DNA of 64,000 nucleotides from the human T2T-CHM13v2.0 reference genome, Homo sapiens. Below the pieces are notes generated by a model. That model saw only the letters and a program-made list of their open reading frames with translations. It was not told the DNA's origin and made no database searches. Made by a program: the position numbers and the translations under genes. The stretch lies in NCBI RefSeq assembly GCF_009914755.1, contig NC_060925.1. One strand, given 5' to 3'. Shown here piece after piece: positions 14,903 through 29,400 of this stretch. Each line of letters starts with the position of its first letter. Position 1 is the first letter of the stretch.

Positions 14903-15908
14903 CAAGCTCCCAGCCGAACCCCCGTCCTACTCGACAACCAAGATCACTGCCCAAGCTCCCAGCCGAGCCCCCGTCCTACTCCACAACCAAGATCACTGCC
15001 CAAGCTCCCAGCCGAGCCCCCGTCCTACTCCACAACCAAGATCACTGCCCAAGCTCCCAGCCGAGCCCCCGTCCTACTCCACAACCAAGATCACTGCCCA
15101 AGCTCCCAGCCGAGCCCCCGTCCTACTCCACAACCAAGATCACTGCCCAAGCTCCCAGCCGAGCCCCCGTCCTACTCCACAACCAAGATCACTGCCCAAG
15201 CTCCCAGCCGTCCTACTCCACAACCAAGATCACTGCCCAAGCTCCCTGCCAAACCCCCATCCTACTCCACAACCAAGATCACTGCCCAAGCTCCCAGCCA
15301 AACCCCCATCCTACTCCACAACCAAGATCACTGCCCAAGCTCCCAGCCGAGCCCCTGTCCTACTCCACGACCAAGATAACTGCCCAAGCTCCCAGCCAAA
15401 CCCGTCCTACTCGACAACCAAGATCACTGCCCAAGCTCCCAGCCGAACCCGTCCTACTCCACAACCAAGATCACTGCCCAAGCTCCCAGCCGAGCCCATC
15501 CTACGCCGCAACCAAGATCACTGCCCAAGCTCCCAGCCGAGCCCCCGTCCTACTCCACAACCAAGATCAGTGCCCAAGCTCCCAGCCGAGCCCCTGTCCT
15601 ACTCCACAACCAAGATCACTGCCCAAACTCCCAGCCGAACCCCCATCCTACTCGACAACCAAGATCACTGTCCAAGCTCCCAGCTGAACCCCCGTCCTAC
15701 TCGACAACCAAGATCACTGCCCAAGCTCCCAGCCAAACCCGTCCTACTCCGCAACCAAGATAAGTGCCCAAGCTCCCAGAAAAACCCCCGTCCTACTCTA
15801 CAACCAAGATCACTGCCCAAGCTCCCAGCCGAGCCCATCCTACGCCGCAACCAAGATCACTGCCCAAGCTCCCAGCCGAACCCATCCTACTCCACAACCA
15901 AGATCACT
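14903..15908. repeat. ~49-bp minisatellite, about 20 copies
   Basis: caagctcccagccgagcccccgtcctactccacaaccaagatcactgcc with variant units. Confidence 0.97.
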
Positions 15909-17717
15909 GGGATCAAAGAAAGCAATCTGGTGCTTGCTGTCCCTGGACGACAAAAGCTGACCGAAAGACAGTGCAAAAGAGGCTGCCAAGGAAATCAGCT
16001 GTGTGAAGCAGCCACCAAGCATGAGGGCAGTCCTCTCCCCATCATCAGAGTCCCAGGGCCCTGGGCCCAGCTGGCAGACACCCATGTCCCCAGCCATGGC
16101 ACAGGTTTCCTTGCGTGGCCTCAGACAGGAACATGCACTGTGAATGCAGCTGGCCCAGAGCAGAATCCAGGCCGAGGCCGAGGCTCAGGTTCTGTCCCGT
16201 GCGGTAACCCTGCAGGCTTCCATGGCCAGCACCCACGCTGCTAGCAGAGAGACGCCTACTGTACCACAGAATAGCCAGTTTTATGAAGAAAGAAAAGCCA
16301 TAACACCTTTTTTTCCAAAAAACGCAGAACTGACGGAGGAGAGCCAGGCTCGCTGCACTGATGCGCAGAGTGCTGCGGGTGGATTCGACCTTTGTGAAAA
16401 CCTCTCCCTCTCCCATCAGCGCCGGAGTCTCCCAGGCTGGCTATCTCAGCCTCCCCTTCCTATGAGCTTATCTCTCTCTTGCAGGCAAAGTATGAAAATG
16501 ACAATTGGAGATAACATATAATGGAGGCAATCTTTCTTCTGAAGATAAGATTTTAAAACCTGGAGTCACTGCACATTTGGTGGCTGGAGAATTAAATATA
16601 AAAACAACCAACTCGGTCTCAGAGCAGAACGCTTCTTGCAACTCCCTTAGTTGCATGAGCCTTTGAATAATGCCTGCTCCTCACATGTGGCTCATTTATT
16701 TCTCCAGAACCTAATTGAGTTTTGCTGTGTCCATATTGTCTATTTACCAGGCCGCCTCGGATGTACATTCGTAAACAGGCAGGCAGAGCCTCCAAGTCGA
16801 CTTAACGAGCTGTGCACTTGAGCCCCTCCGCCAGGCCCCCCACCAACCTCTGCGCTGCCAGCGTCGGGTGGATGTGGCCCATGGGGCTCTGGGGTTTACA
16901 ATCAGGCTGGGTTCTAAGGAGTGGAAAATTCCCTAATAAAATAGCAGACAAGTCTGAATCTCATGCAGACAGACACAGCTTCAGAAACATCACACGGCTT
17001 AGTTTTATTGTGTTTTCAATTCTGCCCTGAAAAATCCCAAACGTTCCAGAGGACCCTCGGGAGGTTCAGTGAGCTTGTCACTGGCCCTACAGGGTCCCAT
17101 GTCGGTCCTCTGCCCTGAGGTGCGCACAGGCAGGCACCCAGCCTTGTGTCCCTTGACACCCCATCAGCAGCCCCTATCCCAGCATAGGCCTCAGTCGAAG
17201 CCCCTGGAACGTCCCAGGTGGGACCCTCCTGAGCCACCCAACCCACCTGTCCCACCCACCACAGTCCTGGACGTGGAGTGAAGTCCAGGGCTTTGCTCAG
17301 GCCCTCTAACGAGCAATCCCGGGGCACCATTTTCTACAAAGTCATGGTGCTGGGCCGAGAAGAAATGCGCCTCTCCACTCTCCTCCTCCCGGGCTGCAGG
17401 GAAGTTAGGAACACTTCCCTTGTCTGTCCTCCATCATGAGGCACAGGGAAGTCTCTCCTGGAACCCAGTCACTGTATTTGAGGACTGTCCCGGAGATCCT
17501 CCAGGGATAGCAACAAACAACAACATGCAGGAGAGCCCGAGATGACTGATGACCTCTAACCCCAATCAGAAATTCAGAATGCAAACAACTGGGTCCAGGA
17601 CAGACTCAGCGGCCAAGGACACAGGCTCCATGGCCAAGCTGGTGAGAATTCTCCCGGTTTCCTCCTGGGCCCGTGAAGCCCATGATGTGGCCCCTGCCCG
17701 AGGGAGCCCACACTCTA

Positions 17718-17972
<255 letters not shown>

Positions 17973-20900
17973 TCAGAGGCTGGAGCCGGCCCTGGGCTGC
18001 TTCCACCAGCCCTGCAGGTGGAGGCTGCTCCCCAGCCCAGCAGGAAAGCCACTGTGGGCGGGAGGGGGTGTGCGCAGGATAAGACCCTGCACCACGCTGG
18101 GGGGTGAGGGGGCGGCGAGCCAGGCGCCAACGTCTTAAAGCAGGACTCCTTATTACTGGGGTCTTTTTCACAAAGTCTTAAGTAAAGTATGACTGGATTT
18201 ACCCACTGAATAAATACCACTGGGCCCTGGGAAGGCATAAGTGGGTCTGGCAGCTGCCCTGGAGGATCCTCCCCTCCACAGGAAGCAAGAGCAGGAAAGA
18301 GGGCAGCCAAGCAACGCAAAGGACTCTTAGCCAAGCGTGTCTGGGACAGCGAGGAATCCAGGACGGAAACCCCAATGGGACTCCAGGAGGAAGACAGGCC
18401 ATGCACAGAGAGGGCAGGGGAGGCAGAGAAGGCCGGGGAGGCAGGCCAGGCCAAGGGCACAGGGCACAGGGTACAGGGTACAATGCCTCCCCCGTTTCCC
18501 TGGGCCAGGAAGCATGGCTGGGGTAGAGGCCCGTGGGGCCCAGGGAGGGGCCATGGGGCACGAGAGGCCCGCCGGGAGCCCTGGGCTGGGGTTTGGCCCA
18601 GTTCTGCATGCCAGGCCGAGGCTGCTCGGGGCAGGGTGGGAGCAGGAAGCCTCAGACCCAGCAGGGCCTCAGCAGGACTTTCCTGACCACGGGCTCTTCT
18701 GCTGATCAGATTCCACGGCTCAGCACTCTGCCCGAACGCCAACACTGTGAGGCATGTGGGGGATGACAACGGCCTCACGGCTGTGCCCCAGGCGTGGCTG
18801 GGACACTCTTCCCCCGTGCCCTCTCTGCTCTGGTGCTTCCTCTCACATAAGAAGCAGTGTGGGAGCAGATGAGGTTCCGGATTTTGTAATTCTCCAGTTT
18901 CTACAGCAACAAAAGTGCCTGTCTCTGGGAGTGAGACGCCAGACCTGACCCTTCCCTTGTGGGTCTGGGGGCTTCCGGTCGCCGCAGACCCTGGTCGCTT
19001 TGCCACACTCGTCTACACTGCATACGATCACTGCATAGACATCGATGATTCCGGAACCTCAGTCACTGGGAGACTGAGAAGATATGAGAAGTCTCCTTTA
19101 GAGAACAGCCAACAAATACAAGAAACCATGTCAGCTTCTCCAAGAGGCAAGGAAATGCGAATGAAAACAAGGCACCATTTTCCTCCCAAATCATTATCAA
19201 AATGGCCACTGGCGACTGGTTTAAAGGCTGACACACTGTGAAGCCAAGGACATGGGACACAGTGCCCTCTGTCTTCAGGAAGTGCAGGTCTGGCTGAGCC
19301 TTCGGGCCAAACCCCCATCTGGCTCTGCATGCCTGCGGCCCTCACGGTGGCACCATCAGAATTCTACTTCCGGGAACATGTCATTAGGGAGAAGAGGATG
19401 GTAAATAGCACAAGCCCCGGAGACAGAATTAGGCTAAGACTCTGCCCTGATGATCATCAGTGTGACCCTGGGCCTCTGTTTTCTCCACCAGAAACAAGGA
19501 TAAAAACAGAACTGCCCCAGGGCTGGGCTAGGGGTCACACTGAAGGCAGCACAGGAGCCGTCCGTCCCTAGAGGAAACTCTTCTCATCGTCGTAGCAACG
19601 TGTTACGGCCAGCACCCCCAGGAAATCAACTAGAAGATGGGGGTAAAATTGAACTTCAAGAAGTCCACAGCAGTGATTAGCAGAAGGAAAAGCCACTGTA
19701 GTGACCCGCAACAGCAAGAGCTCAAACAAGATGAAAGCTGGCCCCGCCTGCAGAAAGTAAGTCCACCAAAGGCTAACCGGAGCAACCTAACTCTCCCAGG
19801 ATCTGGAGTCCAGAGGATTCTCTCTGATCATCTCAGTTTTTCACGTTTTCTACCTAAGTTTTAAAGTTACAAGATTTTATTTTAGAAAAGTGAAGCTTTA
19901 AATTTAATTTATTCAAGTCTATGTCAACAAGCGTAACGGCACTTGTTTAAGGGGCTCTTCGTGTAGGGGGAGATCAAATGGCTTCCGTCTCCAGGTGGCA
20001 CAGCAAAGAGGGGGCACAAGGCTCGGCTGGGCACGACAGGGGAGCCACTGCCACCCCACACATGCCCAGCGGGACCCGGCTCTGCCTCCCACACCGCCTG
20101 CCTCCTTTACGCCTCCCCACCATGCAGAGCCTGCTGGGGCTGAGGCCTGTGCTAGAGATGCTGTGGTGTCGACACACAGTCCTGCCCTGGGGACATCAAA
20201 GCCAGCATGGGAGACGGACAAGCAAGGGCCACGATGACCCTGTGGGGCCCTTGCCATGACCCCAACAGGAACAGAGGCCCAGGGTGAGGCATGAGAAGAG
20301 CAGCCAAGCCCTGGGGAGTCCCTGCCACCTGCAGACCCCACCCTGAACGTTCTGTGCACAGCCCACCACCCTGGGGGGCATCCCCCTCCTCTAGAAGTCA
20401 CAGGGAGCAGGGATGGAGCCTGGATCAGTCGGTCACACGGGGAGCCAAGAGCAGACCATGCCTCAGAGGAAGAGCAGCTGGAAAAACTCCCATACCCCAT
20501 CCCCCCACCCCGAGAGCACAGCGCAGCTGAAGGAGCAGAGGAGCCGTGCTTCTCAGGGGTCAGCAGCTGCTGGAGAGGACAGGAAGCCCCGGGGGTTCAG
20601 CCGTGTCAGGAATCCAGGAGGAAAGCAGCTATGCGGCACTCAAGAAAAGTGGGGAAATCTCAGAGACTCAGGGGCTGCAATAATGACGCCACATCCTCTC
20701 CCAGCTCCGTCCCGTGGCCTGAGAGAAGTCTCAGGACACCATGGTAGCGTGTGAAACTGGCCCCAGTCCTTGGCCCAAGAGTTGTCATGGGGTCCCCTTC
20801 ATACAATGGAGAAGGCTTGGGAAGAATTCCAGGGAAGACGAGTGAAAGAATCCATGGATTTAGGTTTTAGTATACAAGGAGAATGGAAAAGGACAATTAG

Positions 20901-21187
20901 TAAAAGAGATTCTAATTTTCACCAGAATGAGAAAAGAACAACACGTCACTGACCTTAGGAATCAGGTCACACTGCACACCCCAGTCATTCGCGTATCCAT
21001 TCATTCATCCTCAACCCACCTCGGATGCACCTGCCCTCACCACATTCACCACATGGGAGGAGATGAAGTGACACTGCCTGGTAGGTCAGTTTGCAGGAGA
21101 AATAGATAACTGAGTTTGATCTTAAGAGTTTCTTGAGCAAACAACTAGCATTATAGAATTCAGACAGTGAAAAATCTTTTCCTTTCA

Positions 21188-21553
<366 letters not shown>

Positions 21554-22681
21554 TCATTCATCATCTTTACACTTGGAAGAGATTTCAGCTCTGGTCATGA
21601 TTACTAATTTCTGCTTCTGTCATAGCTACAGTTAATAAACACATTAATCAAAAACATCATAAAATATTCAAATTAACAGAATGAAGAGTCATGTTCAGAA
21701 GACTACATTTCTTTCGCATAGAAACAATAAACTCCTCCCAAAATAAGATTTATGGTTTCACCAAGTCCTTGTAACAGCCTAAGATGGATGGGAACAAATG
21801 TCCTTATGAGGCTGGCTAGGGAGTTTATTATTCTGGGCGTGTAGAATTTAAGAAAAAATGTAGTCTACATCTGCTGTCAAAACTGGCATGTTCACACACA
21901 CAGGCAGAGCTCAAACCGAGATCAGGCTTAGAATGATGTGTGGGACACCCAGCAGCCCCTCTCCTGGCCCTAAAGCAGGACGGCACCTGCCCCGTGGGTA
22001 TCCTGGGCTCCTCCCGTGCGGTCTGCCCTGGTCATCAGGCTAAGAGATGGGAACTGGACTGCGGCCCCTGCCTTCATCTTCTTGAAGTGACATTATCATT
22101 AATTCTAAATTGACAAAAATGCCATTCAAACCATCCTTAGTTAAAATTCGAGGAACAGCAATGGTGAGAAGCATTTCAAAACAACATTATTTCTCTTTCT
22201 ATCAATAATGGTGACAACATTCCCACAGCCCCCAACGAGCAGAGGAAGGAGCGAAGGTTTACTCAGCACCTCCAGTGCCAGGCCCCAAGCCAGGCTGAAA
22301 TTTGGCCACAGGTCCTCTCCACCCAGGCTCCAGCCCCACAGGATGACCACAGACCACATTCCATCTGCGTTTCTCAAGACCAGAGGACAAGGAGTAAGCA
22401 CAATGTGTCCGGACAGGGGACCTAGGGGGAGCGAAGAGTGCAGGGCCCAGGGTGGGCCCCAAGGGGGTGGAGCAAGGACCCACTGCTCAGGCCCGGCGCT
22501 GGCCACAGCAGGAGCTCACGGGGGCATCTTGGGGCAGAAAGGCAAATAAGGAATCTGGAGGAAGACCAAGGAGGAGCTGGTGATTAACATCACGCAAGGG
22601 CAGGCATGTCCCCAGTGTGGCACCTCAGAGGTGACCAGCCACACAGCCCCCACCCCTGCCTGGACTGTGGCATCTAGTGAG

Positions 22682-22776
22682 AGCTCCCAGCATGAGCGAC
22701 GCAGAAGATGGGTGATTTCTGCATTTCCAACTGAGGTACCGGGATCATCCCACTGGGGCTTGTCGGACAGTGGGTG
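22682..22776 (+). mobile_element. Isolated L1PA 5'UTR fragment
   Basis: agctcccagcatgagcgacgcagaagatgggtgatttctgcatttccaactgaggtaccggg matches the start of the primate L1 5'UTR. Confidence 0.85.
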
Positions 22777-23647
22777 AGAGTTGGGAGGCTGGTCAGAGGA
22801 GCCTAGACCAGGATGGCCCCGTGCCTAGCATGCTCCTGCCCCCCACTCCAGGAGCTCTCAGCATGCTGTCAGCTCTGGGATCAGTGTCTCCCTGTTTTGA
22901 AACCCAGAGCTCCTTAAGGGTGGGGCCCTGCTTGTCCAGTTCTCCCAGCACTACCCTGTGCAGGGCCTCCCACATGGTGGGGGCGCAGTTATTTGTTTGC
23001 TGAGTAAGTGAATTAATGGTAGCATTGAAAGGCCCTGGCAGTGCTGGGGTATAGTGGTGACAGAATGGGGGCCGGTCCAGCGGGGCACTGGAAGGAGCTC
23101 CCCAGGAGACAAGACAGAGGGTCCCACTGGGTCGAGCTGTGTTTGGGACGCGCGTACTCTCCCCACTGCAGCCTCAGACCTCTCCCCTCCCTGTCCAGCT
23201 GAGACAAGTGGCTCCTCCGTGGCCACCCCTGAGGTCCAAGCTCCCCACAGTCCACCCTGTGTCATTTCCATCCCACTCAGAAGTCCAGGAAGCTGGCCTC
23301 CAACTGAACTAAGAAGACTCCCAGGGGCAGTGGCCCTGTCCTCCCCAAGCCCACCTCCTGCACCCCCTTCACAAACACCACGCCCCAGCCCGGCTGGAAT
23401 CCTCACTGCTTCTGGGGTTGAGGAAACAGAAAACACAGTAATGGTAGAAACTAACCACTCTCCATTCAAAGGCAGATCCAGGCAACGATGAATGAGTGAC
23501 AATCTAGAAGAGCAGAGTGGCCAACTCCCACGGTGGCAGGGGTGTGGGGTGCAGGGATCGACCTTAACGCAGCACCCCAGTGACAGAAAAAACAACTTTT
23601 CAAGTGTATTTGGAACATTAATAAAAACGAACCATGTATTAGGCCAC

Positions 23648-24655
23648 TGTGGGGACCAGCCTCACAGGGTCGGTGGGTCTCTCCCCGTGTGCGGCAACGA
23701 GAGAGTGTAGAAATAAAGACACAAGACAAAGAGATAAAAGAAAAGACAGCTGGGCCCAGGGGACCACTACCACCAATGCGCAGAGACCGGTAGTGGCCCC
23801 GAATGTCTGGTTGCGCTGTTATTTATTGGATACAAAGCAAAAGGGGCAGGGTAAAGTGTGTGAGTCATCTCCAATGATAGGTAAGGTCACGCGGGTCACG
23901 TGTCCACTGGACAGGGGGCCCTTCCCTGCCTGGCAGCCCAGGCAGAGAGAGAGAGGAGACAAAGAGAAAGACAGCTTACACCATTATTTCTGCATATCAG
24001 AGACTTTTAGTACTTTCACTAATTTTGCTCCTGCTATCTAGAAGGCAGAGCCAGGTGGACAGGATGGAACATGAAGGCGGACTAGGAGCGTGACCACTGA
24101 AGCACAGCATCACAGGGAGACGGTTAGGCCTCCGGATAACTGCAGGCGAGCATGACTGATGTCAGGCCCTCCACAAGAGATGGAGGAGCAGAGTCTTCTC
24201 TAAACTCCCCCGGGGAAAGAGAGACTCCCTTTCCCGGTCTGCTAAGTAGCGGGTGTTGTTCCTTGACACTTTTCGCTACCGCTAGACCATGGTCCGCCTG
24301 GCAACGGGCGTCTTCCCAGACGCTGGCATTACCTCTAGATCAAGGAGCCCTCTGGTGGCCCTGTCTGGGCATAACAGAAGGCTCACACTCTTGTCTTCTG
24401 GTCACTTCTCACTGTGTCCCCTCAGCTCCTATCTCTGTATGGCCTGGTTTTTCCTAGGTTATGACCGTAGAGCGAGGATTATTATAATATTGGAATACAG
24501 AGTAATTGCTACAAACTAATGATTAATGATACTCATATATAAACACATCTAAGATCTATATCTGGTATAACTATTCTTGTTTTATATTTTATTATACTGG
24601 AACAGCTCATGTCCTCGTTCTCTTGCCTCAGCATCTGGTTGGCTTGCCACCCACA
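23648..24655 (-). mobile_element. Solo LTR13 (ERVK-class LTR), 1,008 bp, TSD GGCCAC
   Basis: TG...CA termini; minus strand starts tgtgggtggcaagcc...gctgttccagtataataaaatataaaac as in LTR13; GGCCAC at 23642-23647 and 24656-24661. Confidence 0.88.
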
Positions 24656-24741
24656 GGCCACAAAAAACTGCACTCCATAAAGTAGAAATACTACAAATAA
24701 TATTCTCTTAACATAATGCAATAAACTAGAAATTAATATGC

Positions 24742-24950
24742 CAGCCTGAGCAACATGGTGAAACCCTATCTCTACAAAAAACACAAAAACTGCCCAGGCA
24801 TAGTGGTGCATGCCTGTAGCCCCAGCTACTCATGAGACTGAGGCCCATCACTTGAACCCAGGAGGTGCAGGTTGAAGTAAGCTGAGATCACGCCACTGCA
24901 TTCCAGCCTGGGCTACAGAGCAAGACCCAGTCTCAAAAAAAAAAAAAAAG
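24742..24950 (+). mobile_element. 5'-truncated old Alu (AluJ/S)
   Basis: End of left arm, linker, right arm and A tail. Confidence 0.85.
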
Positions 24951-25379
24951 GTAAAATTTTTTAAGAAACAAATTTGCAACTTACTCATAAATAACTTTCT
25001 GTCAAAGGGAAAACACAATCAAAAAAGATTTTCTGGAAACAATAATAATAATGAAAATACTACTTATCAGTATCAACAATCTTAAGGCAGTAATCACAGG
25101 AAAATTCATAGCCTTGAATCCTGGTATATCCACACAAACAAAAGAATTAAGATAAATGAATTAAGCAGCTCAAAAAAAAAATAGGAAGATAGTAAAGAAT
25201 ACCAAAAATCAAGGAGAAATGAGGGGACGGTAAAGATAAACACAAAATTTAATCAATTAGAAAACAAAACAATAGCAAAACCCATATGACATAAACTTTA
25301 AAATTCTTCAGAAAGACACACAGTAGAAATGAACAGATGGAAAGGCAGCCTTGTCTTGGACCGTCATCTCCTCGCTCTT

Positions 25380-25828
25380 GTGGCACTGTTCACAATAGAA
25401 AAGACGTGGAACCAACCCAAATGTCCATCAATGATAGACTGGATTAAGAAGATGTGGCACATACACCCCATGGATTACTATGCAGCCATAAAAAAGGATG
25501 AGTTCATGTCCTTTGTAGGGACATGGATGAAGCTGGAAACCATCATTCTCAGCAAACTACCGCAAGGACAGAAACCAAACACCGCATGTTCTCACTCATA
25601 GGTGGGAACTGAACAAAGAGAACACATGGACACAGGAAGGGGAACATCACACACCGGGGCCTGTCGTGGGGTGGGGGAAGGGGGGAGGGATAGCATTAGG
25701 AGATATACCTAATGTTAAATGATGAGTTAATGGGTGCAGCACACCAACATGGCACATGTATACAAATGTAACAAACCTGCACGTTGGGCACGTGTACCCT
25801 AGAATTTAAAGTATAATTAAAAAAAAAA
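25380..25828 (+). mobile_element. L1PA 3' end (ORF2 C-terminus, 3'UTR, A tail)
   Basis: ALFTIEKTWNQPKCPSMIDWIKKMWHI...KDEFMSFVGTWMKLETIILSKL; G-rich 3'UTR. Confidence 0.93.
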
Positions 25829-26480
<652 letters not shown>

Positions 26481-29400
26481 AAACTTGGGCTATGACATTA
26501 ACTGAAAAAAGCAGGGAGCAGAAGAGTGTATTTTGTATGTTACCACTGAATTAGAAAACAGGGAAAATAAAATGTAAATGTTTGCTTATTTTTGAAAAAA
26601 CAAATCAGTAAAAACACTGGAAGGGTCAGCCAGAAACGAAAAGTCTGGTTACTGTTGTTAGGAGGCTGGGCAGGGGGAGGAGCCCACAGGGATGAGGGGA
26701 GCAGGGAGGCCCGAGCACACACTGGGCTACGGTGTTCAACTTTCAACCATGTAAATAGTCCAAAAAAATTAAAAAGGAAAGCAAACATAAAAGTGAAAAC
26801 AAATTAAAATAAATGAATCATACTGAATATCAAACTGGAGCTAAGAATTATTTTGAGGGCTTTTGGTCACACTAAACCAATTCTGAACCCTCGGTGGGAC
26901 AGAGGCCAAAAGGAGCTGCGAAGAATCTGACTTCAGCAGGACACGCACTGTTGACATTAAGTCAACAATTAACATCAGCAGTGTCATTGTGAAAATGCAT
27001 TCTATACGTTGTTAGGCAAGATAAATAAGTAAATACATGATGAGAAACCATGATTTTCTGTGTAAGACACATACAAATAATAGAAGGAAATTTATGAGAA
27101 AAATTCTAAATCTGACTTAGGAAGATCAACATGAACTCACATTTTACATTTTCCCAGCTCTTCCTGGTGAAAGGTTTTGAAGCAAGAAGACCCAGAATCA
27201 AAGCACCCCATATCCTGATCTCTGAAATGTCATCCCCATTCAGGCAGACCAGGCTCCTCAGAGAAACGGGCCCTGGCTGGCGGCAGGGAGAGCACAAGAT
27301 GAGCCTGGAACCGGCACTGCTCCAGAAAGCAGGACGCGCTCAAAGTCCAATCAGAGCCGGTGAAAGGCCGGAAGGGCTCCCGGAATAATAATGAGTGCAA
27401 CCCCATGCATCGATGAAGATGCAGGAGACCGCAGCCACGCTCCAAAGACAAAGCAAAACAGCCGGACACCTAACACTGGGATCCCACTGCTGGGCTAACT
27501 ATTCCACCGACTTCTCACTCTGAAAACTGGCAATTAAAGGGAAAGAATTAAACCTTTGTCCTGTCTTTGTGGAGCATGTATATGTAGTTCATCGCTTATC
27601 GGTAGGGAAAGTTCTTTTTTAACAAAGAATGTGAGCTAATAAAGGCAGAGCAGACCAAATGATAGAATTAGACAAATTACCATTTCAAAAACACCAATTA
27701 AATAACTGACGCAAGCAAAGCTCAGCCCAGGGTGTTAAAACAAGAGGTGGAAGGTTGCTGGGGACCAGATATTTGCATGAAGCCAAAAAATGTCGCCAAG
27801 AATTCTTCAGTCAGTTCAAAGGGAAAAAACTCTCTTTCTACAGGAGAAACCTGGGGGTGGGCACCTTAACCAAGCAACCGAATCAGCGTCGTAACAATGA
27901 GATAGTCTGACATTCGCGCCTCCTGAGGTGGTGGGCTGTGAAGCACACAGCACTGACAATGAAGTGTTCATGCTGAGATCCAGAATCAAACAGCTTTCAG
28001 CCGTCGCTCCCGGCGTTCAAGAACTATGGGGGATAAAGCAACAAGTTCAACAACATGAAGAAGCAACCAGGTAAGCCCGGAACACGGGACGTTCTGCAAG
28101 ACAGCTCACTTGGTCTCTCCTGAAAGCCAGTGTCACTGGAAAAGAATGCAGGCGACTACGAGATTAAAGTGATAATTACAAATACAATACAGGAAACCGG
28201 GCTGGATCCCAGATCAAAAAAATACACATGGGGGACAAATGGGGAAATGGTACTATGAAATTTGTGTTATCTTAAATGTGATACTAGAATTGCACATATA
28301 TAAAAGGGTACCTTATTTTTAAGAGATGCACGTTGCTTATTTAGAGGTAGAGTGTTACCATGCATGTCAACAACTTACTTTCAAATAATTCAAGATAAAC
28401 AGTTAAGCAATGTTCCAAAACATGGCACGGTTTCTGCAGGTGGGGACATATGGGATTAGGGCTCTCGCAGAAGGCCCGGGAAAGAGGAGATCCACTAAGG
28501 AAGAGACGGCAAGGCTGTGCTAGGTGGCCCGGAGCAGGACTGGAGGCTGGTCTGATGGAGATGCCTCTCGGCTGGGACAGCCCAGGGAGAGGAAATGGAC
28601 CGCGTTCTTCGGAAGAACAGATGCTCTTGGCTGATCCAAAATTCAATTACTTCAGCTCTCACACTGAGGAGGGCCCCCACAAGACAAAAACACCAGGAGG
28701 AACATGTTAGGAAGCAAAAGGCCAGGACAGGAGCGAAGAAAACAAAAAGGGTTGAAGGCACCAAGCCCAGGGCCAAGGAGGGAACCAACACACGCAGGGG
28801 AGACCACGCCCTCGGCAGAGCCCCCCAAAAAGTGTAGGAAGAAGAGGTGATGAGAAGAAAGGCCACTCACAGCTCCAAACACCCAAACACGGAGAAAACC
28901 ACTCTCGGGAGCCCTGGGCTCCTTGGCTCCTCCAGGCTCACGGGCGTGGCTGCCGGAAGCTTCAGTTCAGTAGGACCAGCGTGCAGGGCCTTGGCACGAG
29001 CCCCCCAGCGGCTCTGCCGGGCAGACAGCCACGCCTCAGATGCCGCTCTCTGAGTGGATCTTCCTCCTGATCGGGACATGGCAAAGGCCTGGGAAGCTGG
29101 AACCAAGGCATTCTCCCATCTACGCGCATTCACTCAGACACCTGAGTCTCTGGCAATGTCAAATTTTGGATTCTGAGAACATAATTTTCCTTAGGACAAC
29201 TATTCAGGGCTGGGAATTGGCTTGTCTAAATTTGGTGGGTATGGGGCCAGTGCTTTAAAATCTTACATGTCCTATTAACTCTGGTGACGGGATACGGAAA
29301 GAATGCCTATCAATTCAAACCCACACATGCACACACACACACACACAGACAACACACTAGAAAATGGGCAGGGGACCTGAACACATGCCTCATGAACGAC

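Larger units (their letters stand above)
23590..25320 (+). mobile_element. Old L1M ORF2 (endonuclease region) relic interrupted by LTR13 and an Alu
   Basis: aaccatgtattaggccac|aaaaaa...aaagtagaaata...aaactagaaattaat continues across the LTR and resembles the DHxLGHK...KLEIN segment. Confidence 0.6.

Noticed and set aside
12642-15908. CRISPR-like regular repeats
   Set aside because: Units are head-to-tail with no unique spacers, there are no cas genes, and the context is a human intron
14841-16244. 467-aa plus-strand ORF
   Set aside because: It arises from the stop-poor 49-bp minisatellite, cycles through three repeat peptides and is antisense to NPHP4
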